DNA of 35,300 nt from Herpetosiphonaceae bacterium (GTDB lineage: Bacteria; Chloroflexota; Chloroflexia; Chloroflexales; Kallotenuaceae). The position numbers and the translations under genes are program-made. Positions 25,890 to 32,961 of the stretch are shown here, one piece after another (the first letter of the stretch is position 1; each line of letters opens with the position of its first letter). The notes below the pieces were generated by a model, which was not told where the DNA came from, did no database searches, and was given only the letters and a program-made list of their open reading frames with translations. Where the stretch lies: positions 1 to 35,300 of the forward strand of contig JASKZZ010000083.1 in NCBI GenBank assembly GCA_030147335.1. The letters are read 5' to 3'.

Positions 25890-27274
25890 TACTACAGCCG
25901 CAGTTATGCGGTAGACTTTGCTGGAAACAGCGGAGGAAGCAGGAATGGTTGAAGTTGTTCAGGCATGGAATCAGGAATTCGATGTGCTCCATCACCACAT
26001 TGCCCCACGCTTTGGACGCGCTGAGCCGCGACGACGGGTGCGTGGCTACCTGCAGGCACTTCTAAGTTCATGTGAACGCAAGAACGGCTGGCAGGTCGCC
26101 GAGTTAGTCGGCGAGACTACCCCAGATGGCATGCAGCGATTGCTGAATACCGCTGAATGGGATGCCGACCTCGTGCGCGACGACCTACGGGCGTACGTCG
26201 TGGAACATTTGGGCGATGCGGAGGGGGTGCTGGTGATCGACGAGACCGGTTTTCTCAAGAAAGGCATCAAATCAGTCGGCGTCAAGCGTCAGTACAGTGG
26301 CACGGCGGGTCGCATCGAGAACTGCCAGATCGGCGTCTTTCTCTGCTATGCAAGCCAACATGGAGCCGCCTTTATTGACCGGGCCTTGTACCTCCCAAAA
26401 GAGTGGGCACGCGATCCGGCGCGTCGTGAGGAAGCAGGTGTGCCGGTGGACGTCTCGTTCGCCACGAAACCAGAACTCGCTACGACGATGGTGCTCCGAG
26501 CGCTGGATGCAGGGGTACCATGTCGTTGGCTCACGGGGGACACGATTTACGGCGGTGACCGGAGCTTACGGGTCAGGTTGGAGCAGCGTAAGCAGCCGTT
26601 CGTGCTTGCTGTACCGTCGAATGAACCGTTGTGGCGGGATGGCCCGCAGTATCTGGAAGCGCGTGTGATTGCGGACCAACTTCCGGTCGAAGCATGGGAG
26701 CGGATATCGGCCGGGGAAGGGGCCAAAGGACCACGGTGGTATGACTGGGCCTGGCAGCCGTTGTGGCGCTTGCAACTGACACCGGAGGAGCGAGCACAAG
26801 GCCATTGGTTGCTGATCCGCCGCAGTCTCGATGACCCGACCGACATCGCCTATTATGTAGTTTTTGCCCCACGCGCAACAACGACTCTCGAAATGGTGGT
26901 CCGAGTCGCGGGAATGCGTTGGCAGATCGAGGTCGGGTTTGAGGCAGCGAAAGGAGAATGCGGTTTAGATGAATATGAAGTGCGGAAGTGGACTGCCTGG
27001 TACCGCCACATCACCCTTGCACTGCTGGCGCACGTCTTCCTGACAGCCATCCGGAAACGGGAGCTTGAAAAGGGGGCACTACGCCAGACGAACTGCTGCC
27101 GCTGACCGTGCCGGAAGTTCGTCGGCTGTTGTGGCGACTGATCTGGGTGCGGTCAGCAACGGCGCAGGAGGTCACTGCCTGGTCGTATTGGCGGCGGCGC
27201 CACCAGCTCCGTGCCAAACGCTGCCACTACAAGAAACGCCAGGCACGGTGCCCGACGTAAGTGCGGCTGTAGTA
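25890..27274 (+). mobile_element. IS701-family insertion sequence (about 1.39 kb)
   Basis: Perfect 13-bp terminal inverted repeat: tactacagccgca (25890-25902) and tgcggctgtagta (27262-27274). It encloses the DDE transposase ORF. Exact ends and target duplication are not resolved. Confidence 0.65.
25945..27105 (+). CDS. IS701-family DDE transposase, reading frame broken near the 3' end (C-terminal 56+ codons continue in the -1 frame to 27260)
   Basis: ATG 25945 lies 7 nt after GGAGGA; the track ORF starts at TTG 25918. VLVIDETGFLKKGIKSVGVKRQYSGTAGRIENCQIGVFL ... WLTGDTIYGG are IS701/DDE_5-type blocks. The -1 frame from 27069 reads KGGTTPDELLPLTVPEVRRLLWRLIW...WSYWRRRHQLRAKRCHYKKRQARCPT*, the usual C-terminus of this family. 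Confidence 0.8.
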   Translation: MVEVVQAWNQEFDVLHHHIAPRFGRAEPRRRVRGYLQALLSSCERKNGWQVAELVGETTPDGMQRLLNTAEWDADLVRDDLRAYVVEHLGDAEGVLVIDETGFLKKGIKSVGVKRQYSGTAGRIENCQIGVFLCYASQHGAAFIDRALYLPKEWARDPARREEAGVPVDVSFATKPELATTMVLRALDAGVPCRWLTGDTIYGGDRSLRVRLEQRKQPFVLAVPSNEPLWRDGPQYLEARVIADQLPVEAWERISAGEGAKGPRWYDWAWQPLWRLQLTPEERAQGHWLLIRRSLDDPTDIAYYVVFAPRATTTLEMVVRVAGMRWQIEVGFEAAKGECGLDEYEVRKWTAWYRHITLALLAHVFLTAIRKRELEKGALRQTNCCR

Positions 27275-27294
27275 TTACGAAAGGGCAAGTACGA

Positions 27295-28305
27295 ATGAGC
27301 AGCATGAAGTCCAAGCCGGGCCTGGGTGCAAATATTGGCCATGGCTTCGTTAAGATCGTGGTCCTGATAGATGGCCACGAGCCACAATCCATTGTTCTCC
27401 CGGCAGCCGTCGCACCTGCACAAAAGCAGCTAGCAGGCGCGTTATTAAAAATCGACACCGTGGACGTCGCCGGTGGCTCCTGGTGGGTTGGGGAAGACGC
27501 AGCGTTAAGCAACAACATGCGAACTGTTTTGTCACAAGAACGAATTTTTGACTCATCGTACATTCCCGCTCTCGTTAAGGCCGCGCTATCGCGCATTCAG
27601 GGCAATGGAATTCCTGCCGAGGAAATCATTGCGACCGCCAAGTATGTCACCGGTCTGCCAGCGACATGGTCAACCGACCAAGAGCTTGCACGTGCGTTGG
27701 CGCAACGTTTACGAGTGGGCACAGGCGTTGCTGATCTTAAGCCTCGAGTCATTGCCGAGCCGCTTGGTATTGTGTATGCTGCGTTGCTCAACAACGATGG
27801 CGAAGTAGCAGGAGATCCCGTGCTGCAAACAGGAAAGGTTGCGGTCATTGATCTCGGCCACCACACGGTCGACGTTGCAGTTGTCGATCGTATGCGCCCC
27901 ATGCCGGAGCGACTAGCCACGTTCCAGCTCGGCACGTCAAAGCCGCTTGCTGCGATCAAGCAACGCCTGGCTGCGCGTTTTGAAATTGACTATTCGCTGC
28001 ATGCAGTGGATCAGGCCATGCAGGTTGGAAAGATCAAAGTCGCGGGGCAGATGATCGACCTGCCGTCAGGTACGGAACAGCCGCTCCGAGATAACGGTGC
28101 CGCAATTGCCGTGCAACTCCGTGAGCTTTGGGGCAACGGTGGTCAGTTCGATACGATTTTGATTGGTGGCGGGGGTTCAGCCGTTCCAGCCATCGTCGAA
28201 CAACTTAAGGCGCAATTCCCGCATGCACAGCCTGTACAAGATGGACAGATGGCAGTGGCAATGGGATACGCGCGGCTGGCCCGTCGCTTTGGGAAGCAGC
28301 ACTAA
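27295..28305 (+). CDS. ParM/StbA-like actin-fold plasmid segregation ATPase
   Basis: The track start 27211 lies inside the IS. ATG 27295 (MSSMKSKPGLGANIGHGFVK) lies just outside the IS end. Actin-fold motifs are phosphate-1 GANIGHGFVK, phosphate-2 VAVIDLGHHTVDV and adenosine ILIGGGGSA. Confidence 0.7.
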   Translation: MSSMKSKPGLGANIGHGFVKIVVLIDGHEPQSIVLPAAVAPAQKQLAGALLKIDTVDVAGGSWWVGEDAALSNNMRTVLSQERIFDSSYIPALVKAALSRIQGNGIPAEEIIATAKYVTGLPATWSTDQELARALAQRLRVGTGVADLKPRVIAEPLGIVYAALLNNDGEVAGDPVLQTGKVAVIDLGHHTVDVAVVDRMRPMPERLATFQLGTSKPLAAIKQRLAARFEIDYSLHAVDQAMQVGKIKVAGQMIDLPSGTEQPLRDNGAAIAVQLRELWGNGGQFDTILIGGGGSAVPAIVEQLKAQFPHAQPVQDGQMAVAMGYARLARRFGKQH

Positions 28306-28760
28306 TGTTGAAAGCCCAAGATACTACGCATCCAAGTTCTCCGCGAACCTTTCACCGAAGTGAGAGCCTGGATGCTTTTCTCGGGGACATCAGCGCCAAT
28401 ACCAGTGTTGCAATTCGATCGTTGATCGTTATTGGCGCTGATTCGATTGGGCGCGATATTAGCCGATTGCTGCCTGACATAGCAAAACTGTTACAGGTTC
28501 CATTACCAGATGATGTTCATGCAGCGTTGATTGAAGCGTTGCAACACGCCGTAGCGCATGCACAGGCTCACCCGTCTCAATCTGGACCAGTCGAGCTACC
28601 CGCCATTGTCGAGCAGCCCGCACCGCCAGCATCACAACGTCGTCATGAGGACAAGGTATCTTCGGTTGGCAATGACCGGCAGCAACCAGACACCGCTCAC
28701 ACGGCTATGAACGCGCCCGAAGGCGATCCTTTCGATATCGGATTTGAGGTTGACCTGTGA
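28305..28760 (+). CDS. Putative ParR-like adaptor (ribbon-helix-helix-like N-terminus, acidic tail)
   Basis: TAATG overlap with the parM-like gene. RTFHRSESLDAFLGDISANTSVAIRSLIVIGA fits a beta-alpha-alpha RHH pattern. Position downstream of parM also fits. Inference only. Confidence 0.45.
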   Translation: MLKAQDTTHPSSPRTFHRSESLDAFLGDISANTSVAIRSLIVIGADSIGRDISRLLPDIAKLLQVPLPDDVHAALIEALQHAVAHAQAHPSQSGPVELPAIVEQPAPPASQRRHEDKVSSVGNDRQQPDTAHTAMNAPEGDPFDIGFEVDL

Positions 28761-29000
28761 CAACGCGTCATCACACTCTTCTTGTTGCCGAGGATCATTT
28801 ACATATCCGCATGCTGCTCCAAGAGCTAAGGGACGCTACACCCTAGTCGTCGCGCAAAACGGCCTGGAAGCGCTCCGGCCCGTCGCAAAGACACAACCGC
28901 CACTTGTGTCATTATCGACGGCAACATGCCCGTAATGGACGGCTGGGAAGCGTCCACGCATCCGGGAAAGCCACCCGTCATTACAGAAAACGAGGGAGCG
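28757..29000 (+). pseudogene. Decayed response-regulator receiver domain remnant (at least 2 frameshifts, truncated)
   Basis: Three frames together spell TLLVAEDHLHIRMLLQEL (from GTG 28757, stop TAG 28844), then GRYTLVVAQNGLEAL, then VIIDGNMPVMDGWEAS. This is the order of the beta1, beta2 and beta3 (phospho-Asp region) blocks of CheY-like receivers. Confidence 0.65.
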
Positions 29001-29004
29001 CGAT

Positions 29005-29035
29005 GGGGCGGTAAAGCCCCCAGCTTTACCGCCCC
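29005..29035. other. Perfect 11-bp-stem hairpin (ggggcggtaaa / tttaccgcccc, 9-nt loop)
   Basis: Read directly from the sequence. It lies 22 nt before the left end of the first IS4-family copy and has no U-tract. Confidence 0.7.
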
Positions 29036-29056
29036 AGCAGCTACACGGACCCACCC

Positions 29057-30490
29057 CCCTCTCAAGGGCAATGGCATTAAGTTAGGCAACACATCGCTTC
29101 GTATAGCGGTAAAATCGCAGTCGTTGGCTCGGTGTGGCTTTCGTTCTTGGCACCTTTCGTCCAGTTCTGGAGCGTGACGGATTGGTCTTGAACAACCTAT
29201 GTAACTTCTGGAGGGTCACCTCCACGCTTGTGCGGTGATCGATCAGTAACGCAACGACATGATCCAGCATGGTGCCATACCTCACTACCTGGTTGACGTG
29301 CTGGACGTGGCGATGCCCCTTCGCCCGACTCTCATCAGCCAGTTCCGCCTCGGCTGGCATACTCAGTACGCTTTCCAGCGTTGCCAAGAACACGATGCCG
29401 TAGAAATCTTGCTCGATACTGTGGATGCTCGTGCCGCTCCACCGCTCCAGGTCGAACACGTTTTTGAGCCGATCGAAATACGTTTCGACACCCCAGCGCC
29501 ACCCATACACCTGTTTGAGGTCGGCACGTGAATACATGGCTTGGTCAAACAAACTGGTACCCAACACCTCAATCTCGCCGCTGTCCAACTCCACTTTCAC
29601 CAAACGGATACGTATGACCTCCGGCAGCCCCCGGTCGCGGACGAAACGGCGTTGCTTACCGGTTACCTCGATGTCAACCAATCGATCCGTGGCATTGGAT
29701 GCCCAAAAGGCGTGAACCTGTTTGAACCTCCCATGGGGAAAACGGATGACGAAATCGCGGCGATGCCCCTGCCAAAACGCCAGCACGGCAGAGTCGGCGT
29801 AGAGGCGATCCAGCACGATAACATCACCTTCTTTCATACAAGCTGCGTGCTGCTCAAAGAGGAAATCTTTTTCGGCACGCTTCGTATCAAGCGTAGCGTT
29901 GAGGCCAAGATTATTCAGGAGATCGTACAGGACACTGGCCAAGGCCTGCACACAGGCACCACCATCCCACTGATTCTCTTGCAGACTGTAGCGTGCCCGT
30001 GTGTCGGGCGTATCGGGGAGATTCAAATAGGTGCCATCCGCTGCCAGCAGGCGCCGCCCATGCCAGGTCTTGATCGGCGCACGCGAGGTGCCGGATTGGT
30101 CCATATGGTCGGTGACGATGCGATTCAGATACAAAAATACGTCGGGTTTGAGTTTCCGTCGCGCCTGACAATAGGCGCTAGCGGTCGGGAGTTGGTCAAG
30201 CGCGTCCAAGGTGCCAAACACGGTGTTGCGGGTGTTTTGAATCGGAAGTTTGTGCCCACGCAAGATGAGGGCAAGCACCCGTGCAAACGGGAGTTTGCGC
30301 TGGCGTGTCCAATCGGTTTCCGCCATCTTGAAGCGCTGCACCGTCTCTGTTGCCTGGACCGCCTCTTTGAGCGCGCTGATGAGTGCTACCTCTTTTTTGT
30401 CACGGTCATCATCATGTCTCCGTTCTGTGTTTTAGCCATACAATACCATCCTCGCCTCGGCAACGGACCTTAACTTAATGCCATTGCCCT
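29057..30490 (-). mobile_element. IS4-family insertion sequence, copy A (outer 8 bp of one terminal IR missing)
   Basis: One IR is CCCTCTCAAGGGCAATGGCATTAAGTTAGG at 29057-29086. The inverted partner ccttaacttaatgccattgccct at 30468-30490 runs directly into copy B. Confidence 0.8.
29082..30341 (-). CDS. IS4-family DDE transposase (copy A; N-terminal region frameshifted relative to copy B)
   Basis: YGWRWGVETYFDRLK carries the IS4 Y-(2)-R-(3)-E-(6)-K signature. DDE blocks are LLAADGTYLNLPDT and VIVLDRLYAD. It is roughly 80% identical by eye to copy B. The upstream codons EVALISALKEAVQATETV are in frame but cut off from ATGs at 30406-30414 by a frame change in the A6 run (T6 on +, 30392-30397). 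Confidence 0.8.
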   Translation of the reverse strand: MQRFKMAETDWTRQRKLPFARVLALILRGHKLPIQNTRNTVFGTLDALDQLPTASAYCQARRKLKPDVFLYLNRIVTDHMDQSGTSRAPIKTWHGRRLLAADGTYLNLPDTPDTRARYSLQENQWDGGACVQALASVLYDLLNNLGLNATLDTKRAEKDFLFEQHAACMKEGDVIVLDRLYADSAVLAFWQGHRRDFVIRFPHGRFKQVHAFWASNATDRLVDIEVTGKQRRFVRDRGLPEVIRIRLVKVELDSGEIEVLGTSLFDQAMYSRADLKQVYGWRWGVETYFDRLKNVFDLERWSGTSIHSIEQDFYGIVFLATLESVLSMPAEAELADESRAKGHRHVQHVNQVVRYGTMLDHVVALLIDHRTSVEVTLQKLHRLFKTNPSRSRTGRKVPRTKATPSQRLRFYRYTKRCVA

Positions 30491-31927
30491 CTCAAGGGCA
30501 ATGGCATTAAGTTAGGCGACACATCGCTTCGTGTAGCGATACAAGCGCACGCGTTGGCTTGGCGTGACCTTTGTTCGTGGCTCCTTGCGACCGGCTCGAT
30601 GGCGTGATGGATTGGTTTTGAACAACCTATGTAACTTCTGGAGGGTCACCTCCGCGCTTGTGTGGTGATCGATCAGTAACGCAACGACGTGATCCAGCAT
30701 GGCTCCATAACTTACCACCCGGTTGACGTGCTGTTCGTGGCGATGCCCCTTCACCCGACTCACATAAGCCAGTTCTGCCTTCGCTGGCATGCTCAACACG
30801 CTTTCCAGCGTTGCCAAAAAGAGCAAGCTGTAAAAATCCTGTTCGATACTGCCCACGCTCTTGCCGCTCCACCGCTCCAAGTCAAACACGTTTTTCAGCC
30901 GATCGAAATACGTTTCTACACCCAAGCGCCACCCATACACCTGTTTGAGTTCAGCGCGTGAATACAGTTCTTGGTCAAGCAAACTGGTCCCCAATACCTC
31001 AATCTCGCCACTGTCCAACTCCACTTTCACCAGGCGAATCCGCACCACCTCCGGGAGGCCGCGCGCACGAACGAAGGCGCGTTGCTTGTCGGCCACGGCG
31101 ATGTCGAGTTGAACATCCAGAGCAGTGGACTCCCAAAAGGCCTGGACCTGCTTAAAGCCGCCGCGCGGAAAACGGATGACGAAATCGCGGCGATACCCCA
31201 ACCAGAACGCAAGGACGGCTGAGTCAGCATAGAGCCGATCCAGCACAATGACATCACCTTCGGCAGTATGGTCGAGATGACATTCAAACAGAAAATCCTT
31301 CTCTGCACGCTTGGCATCAAGGGTGGCATGCAGCCCAATATCATTCCGAAGATCGTACAGCACACTCGCCAGCGCTTGCACACAGGCTGCTCCCTGCCAC
31401 TGATTTTCCTGGAGCGTGTAACGAGCGCGCGTTGCTGGCGTATCTGGGACATTCAGATATGTCCCATCAATGGCAAGGAGGCGTCGCCCGTTCCAACTTC
31501 TCAGGGGGTCCGTCGTGGAGCGGGACTGGTACAGGTGCTCGATCACAATGCGGTTCAGATACACGAACACGTCGGGGTTGAGTTTGCGCCGAGCTTGACT
31601 ATACGCGCTCGGGGTCGGTATAGGGTCGAGCGTGTCCAGCGCCTCAAAGACCTTGTTGAGCGTGTTTTGCATGGGAAGTTTGTGCCCACGGAGGATCAGT
31701 GCAAGCACCGTTGCAAAGGGCAGGATACGTTGTCGTGTCCAATCACCGTCCGCAACCTTGAACTGCTGCACCGTTTCTGGTGACTGGATCGCCCGTTTCA
31801 GCGTGTTGATCAGTGCGACTTCTTTTTTTTCATGGCAGGGCTGGCTTCCTTGCATCTGTTTTGGTCCTACAGTACCACGATCTGTGCATTTGTCTTGCCT
31901 AAATTAATGCCATTGCCCTTGAGAGGG
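30487..31927 (-). mobile_element. IS4-family insertion sequence, copy B (both 30-bp IRs present)
   Basis: The IRs are ccctctcaagggcaatggcattaagttagg at 30487-30516 and cctaaattaatgccattgcccttgagaggg at 31898-31927, with 1 mismatch. Confidence 0.85.
30512..31855 (-). CDS. IS4-family DDE transposase (copy B, apparently intact, 447 aa)
   Basis: YGWRLGVETYFDRLK is the YREK signature. LLAIDGTYLNVPDT and VIVLDRLYAD are DDE blocks. The ATG lies upstream of an A8 run (T8 on +, 31823-31830). Confidence 0.85.
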   Translation of the reverse strand: MQGSQPCHEKKEVALINTLKRAIQSPETVQQFKVADGDWTRQRILPFATVLALILRGHKLPMQNTLNKVFEALDTLDPIPTPSAYSQARRKLNPDVFVYLNRIVIEHLYQSRSTTDPLRSWNGRRLLAIDGTYLNVPDTPATRARYTLQENQWQGAACVQALASVLYDLRNDIGLHATLDAKRAEKDFLFECHLDHTAEGDVIVLDRLYADSAVLAFWLGYRRDFVIRFPRGGFKQVQAFWESTALDVQLDIAVADKQRAFVRARGLPEVVRIRLVKVELDSGEIEVLGTSLLDQELYSRAELKQVYGWRLGVETYFDRLKNVFDLERWSGKSVGSIEQDFYSLLFLATLESVLSMPAKAELAYVSRVKGHRHEQHVNRVVSYGAMLDHVVALLIDHHTSAEVTLQKLHRLFKTNPSRHRAGRKEPRTKVTPSQRVRLYRYTKRCVA

Positions 31928-32112
31928 ACCAGCCACTCCCACCACTCGATGAGTCAATTTTCAGCACCGCGTGGTTGCCGGGAAACACTGGCAATGCGGT
32001 AGCCGTGGATCGCCCACGTCCCACCCACCGATCACGAACGCGCTGCAGAACCCGTGCAACTAGCGTTTGGGGGATGGGCATAATCGTCCCTTATGTCATA
32101 TGGCTGTTTAAA

Positions 32113-32307
32113 TCACGAATCGTTGCCGCACCCCTGGAGCGCCTTCGCCTGCTGCATGCCGGCTTCCTGCGACTGGGTATCACGGCGTTCAAGCGCCTGC
32201 AAAAATGCCTTTTGTTCGGTCAGGCGATCTTCTCGTGCCTGCTCGACCTGTTTGACCACAAATGGCCAGACGTGCTTGACGACAAACCAGGCCAGCGCGG
32301 CGAGCAC
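32113..32307 (-). CDS. Hypothetical 64-aa protein (hydrophobic N-terminus plus charged helix); weakly supported
   Basis: Track ORF with a GTG start and no clear RBS. The upstream in-frame codons (VWGFPAL) would extend the hydrophobic helix but lack a start codon, so this may be a decayed gene. Confidence 0.3.
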   Translation of the reverse strand: MLAALAWFVVKHVWPFVVKQVEQAREDRLTEQKAFLQALERRDTQSQEAGMQQAKALQGCGNDS

Positions 32308-32345
32308 TAACGCAGGAAAGCCCCAGACTTTTCCAATCTCGATAA

Positions 32346-32408
32346 GGTCGATAAAACAAAAAAGGCACGCAGTTCTCTAGTCGAGAACCACGCGCTCATA
32401 GCAGCGAA
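32346..32408 (-). promoter_or_regulatory. Leader element A: conserved box TTCGCTGCTATGAGCGCG, hairpin GTTCTC-gacta-GAGAAC and T-run (minus strand)
   Basis: Paralogous to 32755-32816. It shares the box, the hairpin position, TTTTTGT and the (A/G)(T/A)CGACC end. Confidence 0.45.
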
Positions 32409-32424
32409 TACAAAAATACTTTAG

Positions 32425-32754
32425 TTAGGCGAGCTGCGGCACCAGGCGCAACGTCCGCTGTTCATCGTTCTGAAGCTGCCGTTGTCGACTCGGACTTTGG
32501 CGCTTCGAGCGCTCCCCACGCAGCTGTTCAACTTTGATTGGCTCGTAGGTGACTTTGACAACCACGATGCTGCCACGTGTTTCGGTCTCAATGTCATTGG
32601 AGGTAATGACAATTCCGTGCTTGGCTAGCACCTCGGGCAAGGCCTCCAGCACAACCTGGAGATTCGCGCGAATCGACACATGCGCAACGTAGCCACAATT
32701 CCACAGCCAACCATCGTTCGGCCAGGTGATAAACCCAGGCGTATCGGCTAGCAT
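32425..32754 (-). CDS. Hypothetical 109-aa protein
   Basis: AAAGGA RBS lies 5 nt before the ATG. Composition is protein-like. No family recognised. Confidence 0.6.
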   Translation of the reverse strand: MLADTPGFITWPNDGWLWNCGYVAHVSIRANLQVVLEALPEVLAKHGIVITSNDIETETRGSIVVVKVTYEPIKVEQLRGERSKRQSPSRQRQLQNDEQRTLRLVPQLA

Positions 32755-32816
32755 GGTCGTCCTTTAGACACAAAAACGCCCCGATCCATGGGGATCGACG
32801 CGCTTCTAGCAGCGAA
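32755..32816 (-). promoter_or_regulatory. Leader element B: conserved box TTCGCTGCTAGAAGCGCG, hairpin GATCC-ccat-GGATC, T-run and RBS (minus strand)
   Basis: On the minus strand the sequence reads ttcgctgctagaagcgcgtcgatccccatggatcggggcgtttttgtgtctaaaggacgaccATG. Confidence 0.45.
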
Positions 32817-32961
32817 GGGGGACGGTGTGTTGTCATCGCTAGTATAAACGTTCTGCTAAACAAAAAGCGATGGTGTTAGCGTCATGTCGTGGAGTCGCTC
32901 CACTGGAGTCAGGGGACTAGGACTTCTTCTGCCTTAGCATTTCATACACAAATACGAGCAG

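Noticed and set aside
27211-27294. Track start 27211 for the ParM-like ORF
   Set aside because: These codons lie within the IS701-family element (transposase tail and right IR) and encode an Arg/Cys-rich non-homologous extension. ATG 27295 lies just outside the IS, directly before the phosphate-1 motif.
29541-30473. 310-aa + strand ORF antisense to IS4-family transposase A
   Set aside because: The equivalent antisense frame in the paralogous copy B is broken into fragments (30971..31222, 31268..31783), so it is not conserved as coding. The minus-strand frame carries the DDE/YREK motifs.
29054-31930. Target-site duplication (ACC) flanking the IS4-family pair
   Set aside because: The left flank is a C-run (cccacccccct), which makes the IS boundary ambiguous. 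A 3-nt match is not significant, and the tandem arrangement precludes a simple single-insertion TSD.
31975-32380. + strand ORFs 31975..32310 and 32093..32380
   Set aside because: They are Cys/Arg/Ser-rich with no RBS. They overlap a more plausible (though still weak) minus-strand ORF with a TM and coiled-coil-like sequence.
32421-32436. agttaggcga, shared with the IS4-family terminal repeat (aagttaggcgac), as a possible solo IR
   Set aside because: Only ~10 nt match. The rest of the 30-bp IR (ccctctcaagggcaatggcatta) is absent, and the match falls on the stop-codon region of the 32425..32754 ORF. This is probably chance.
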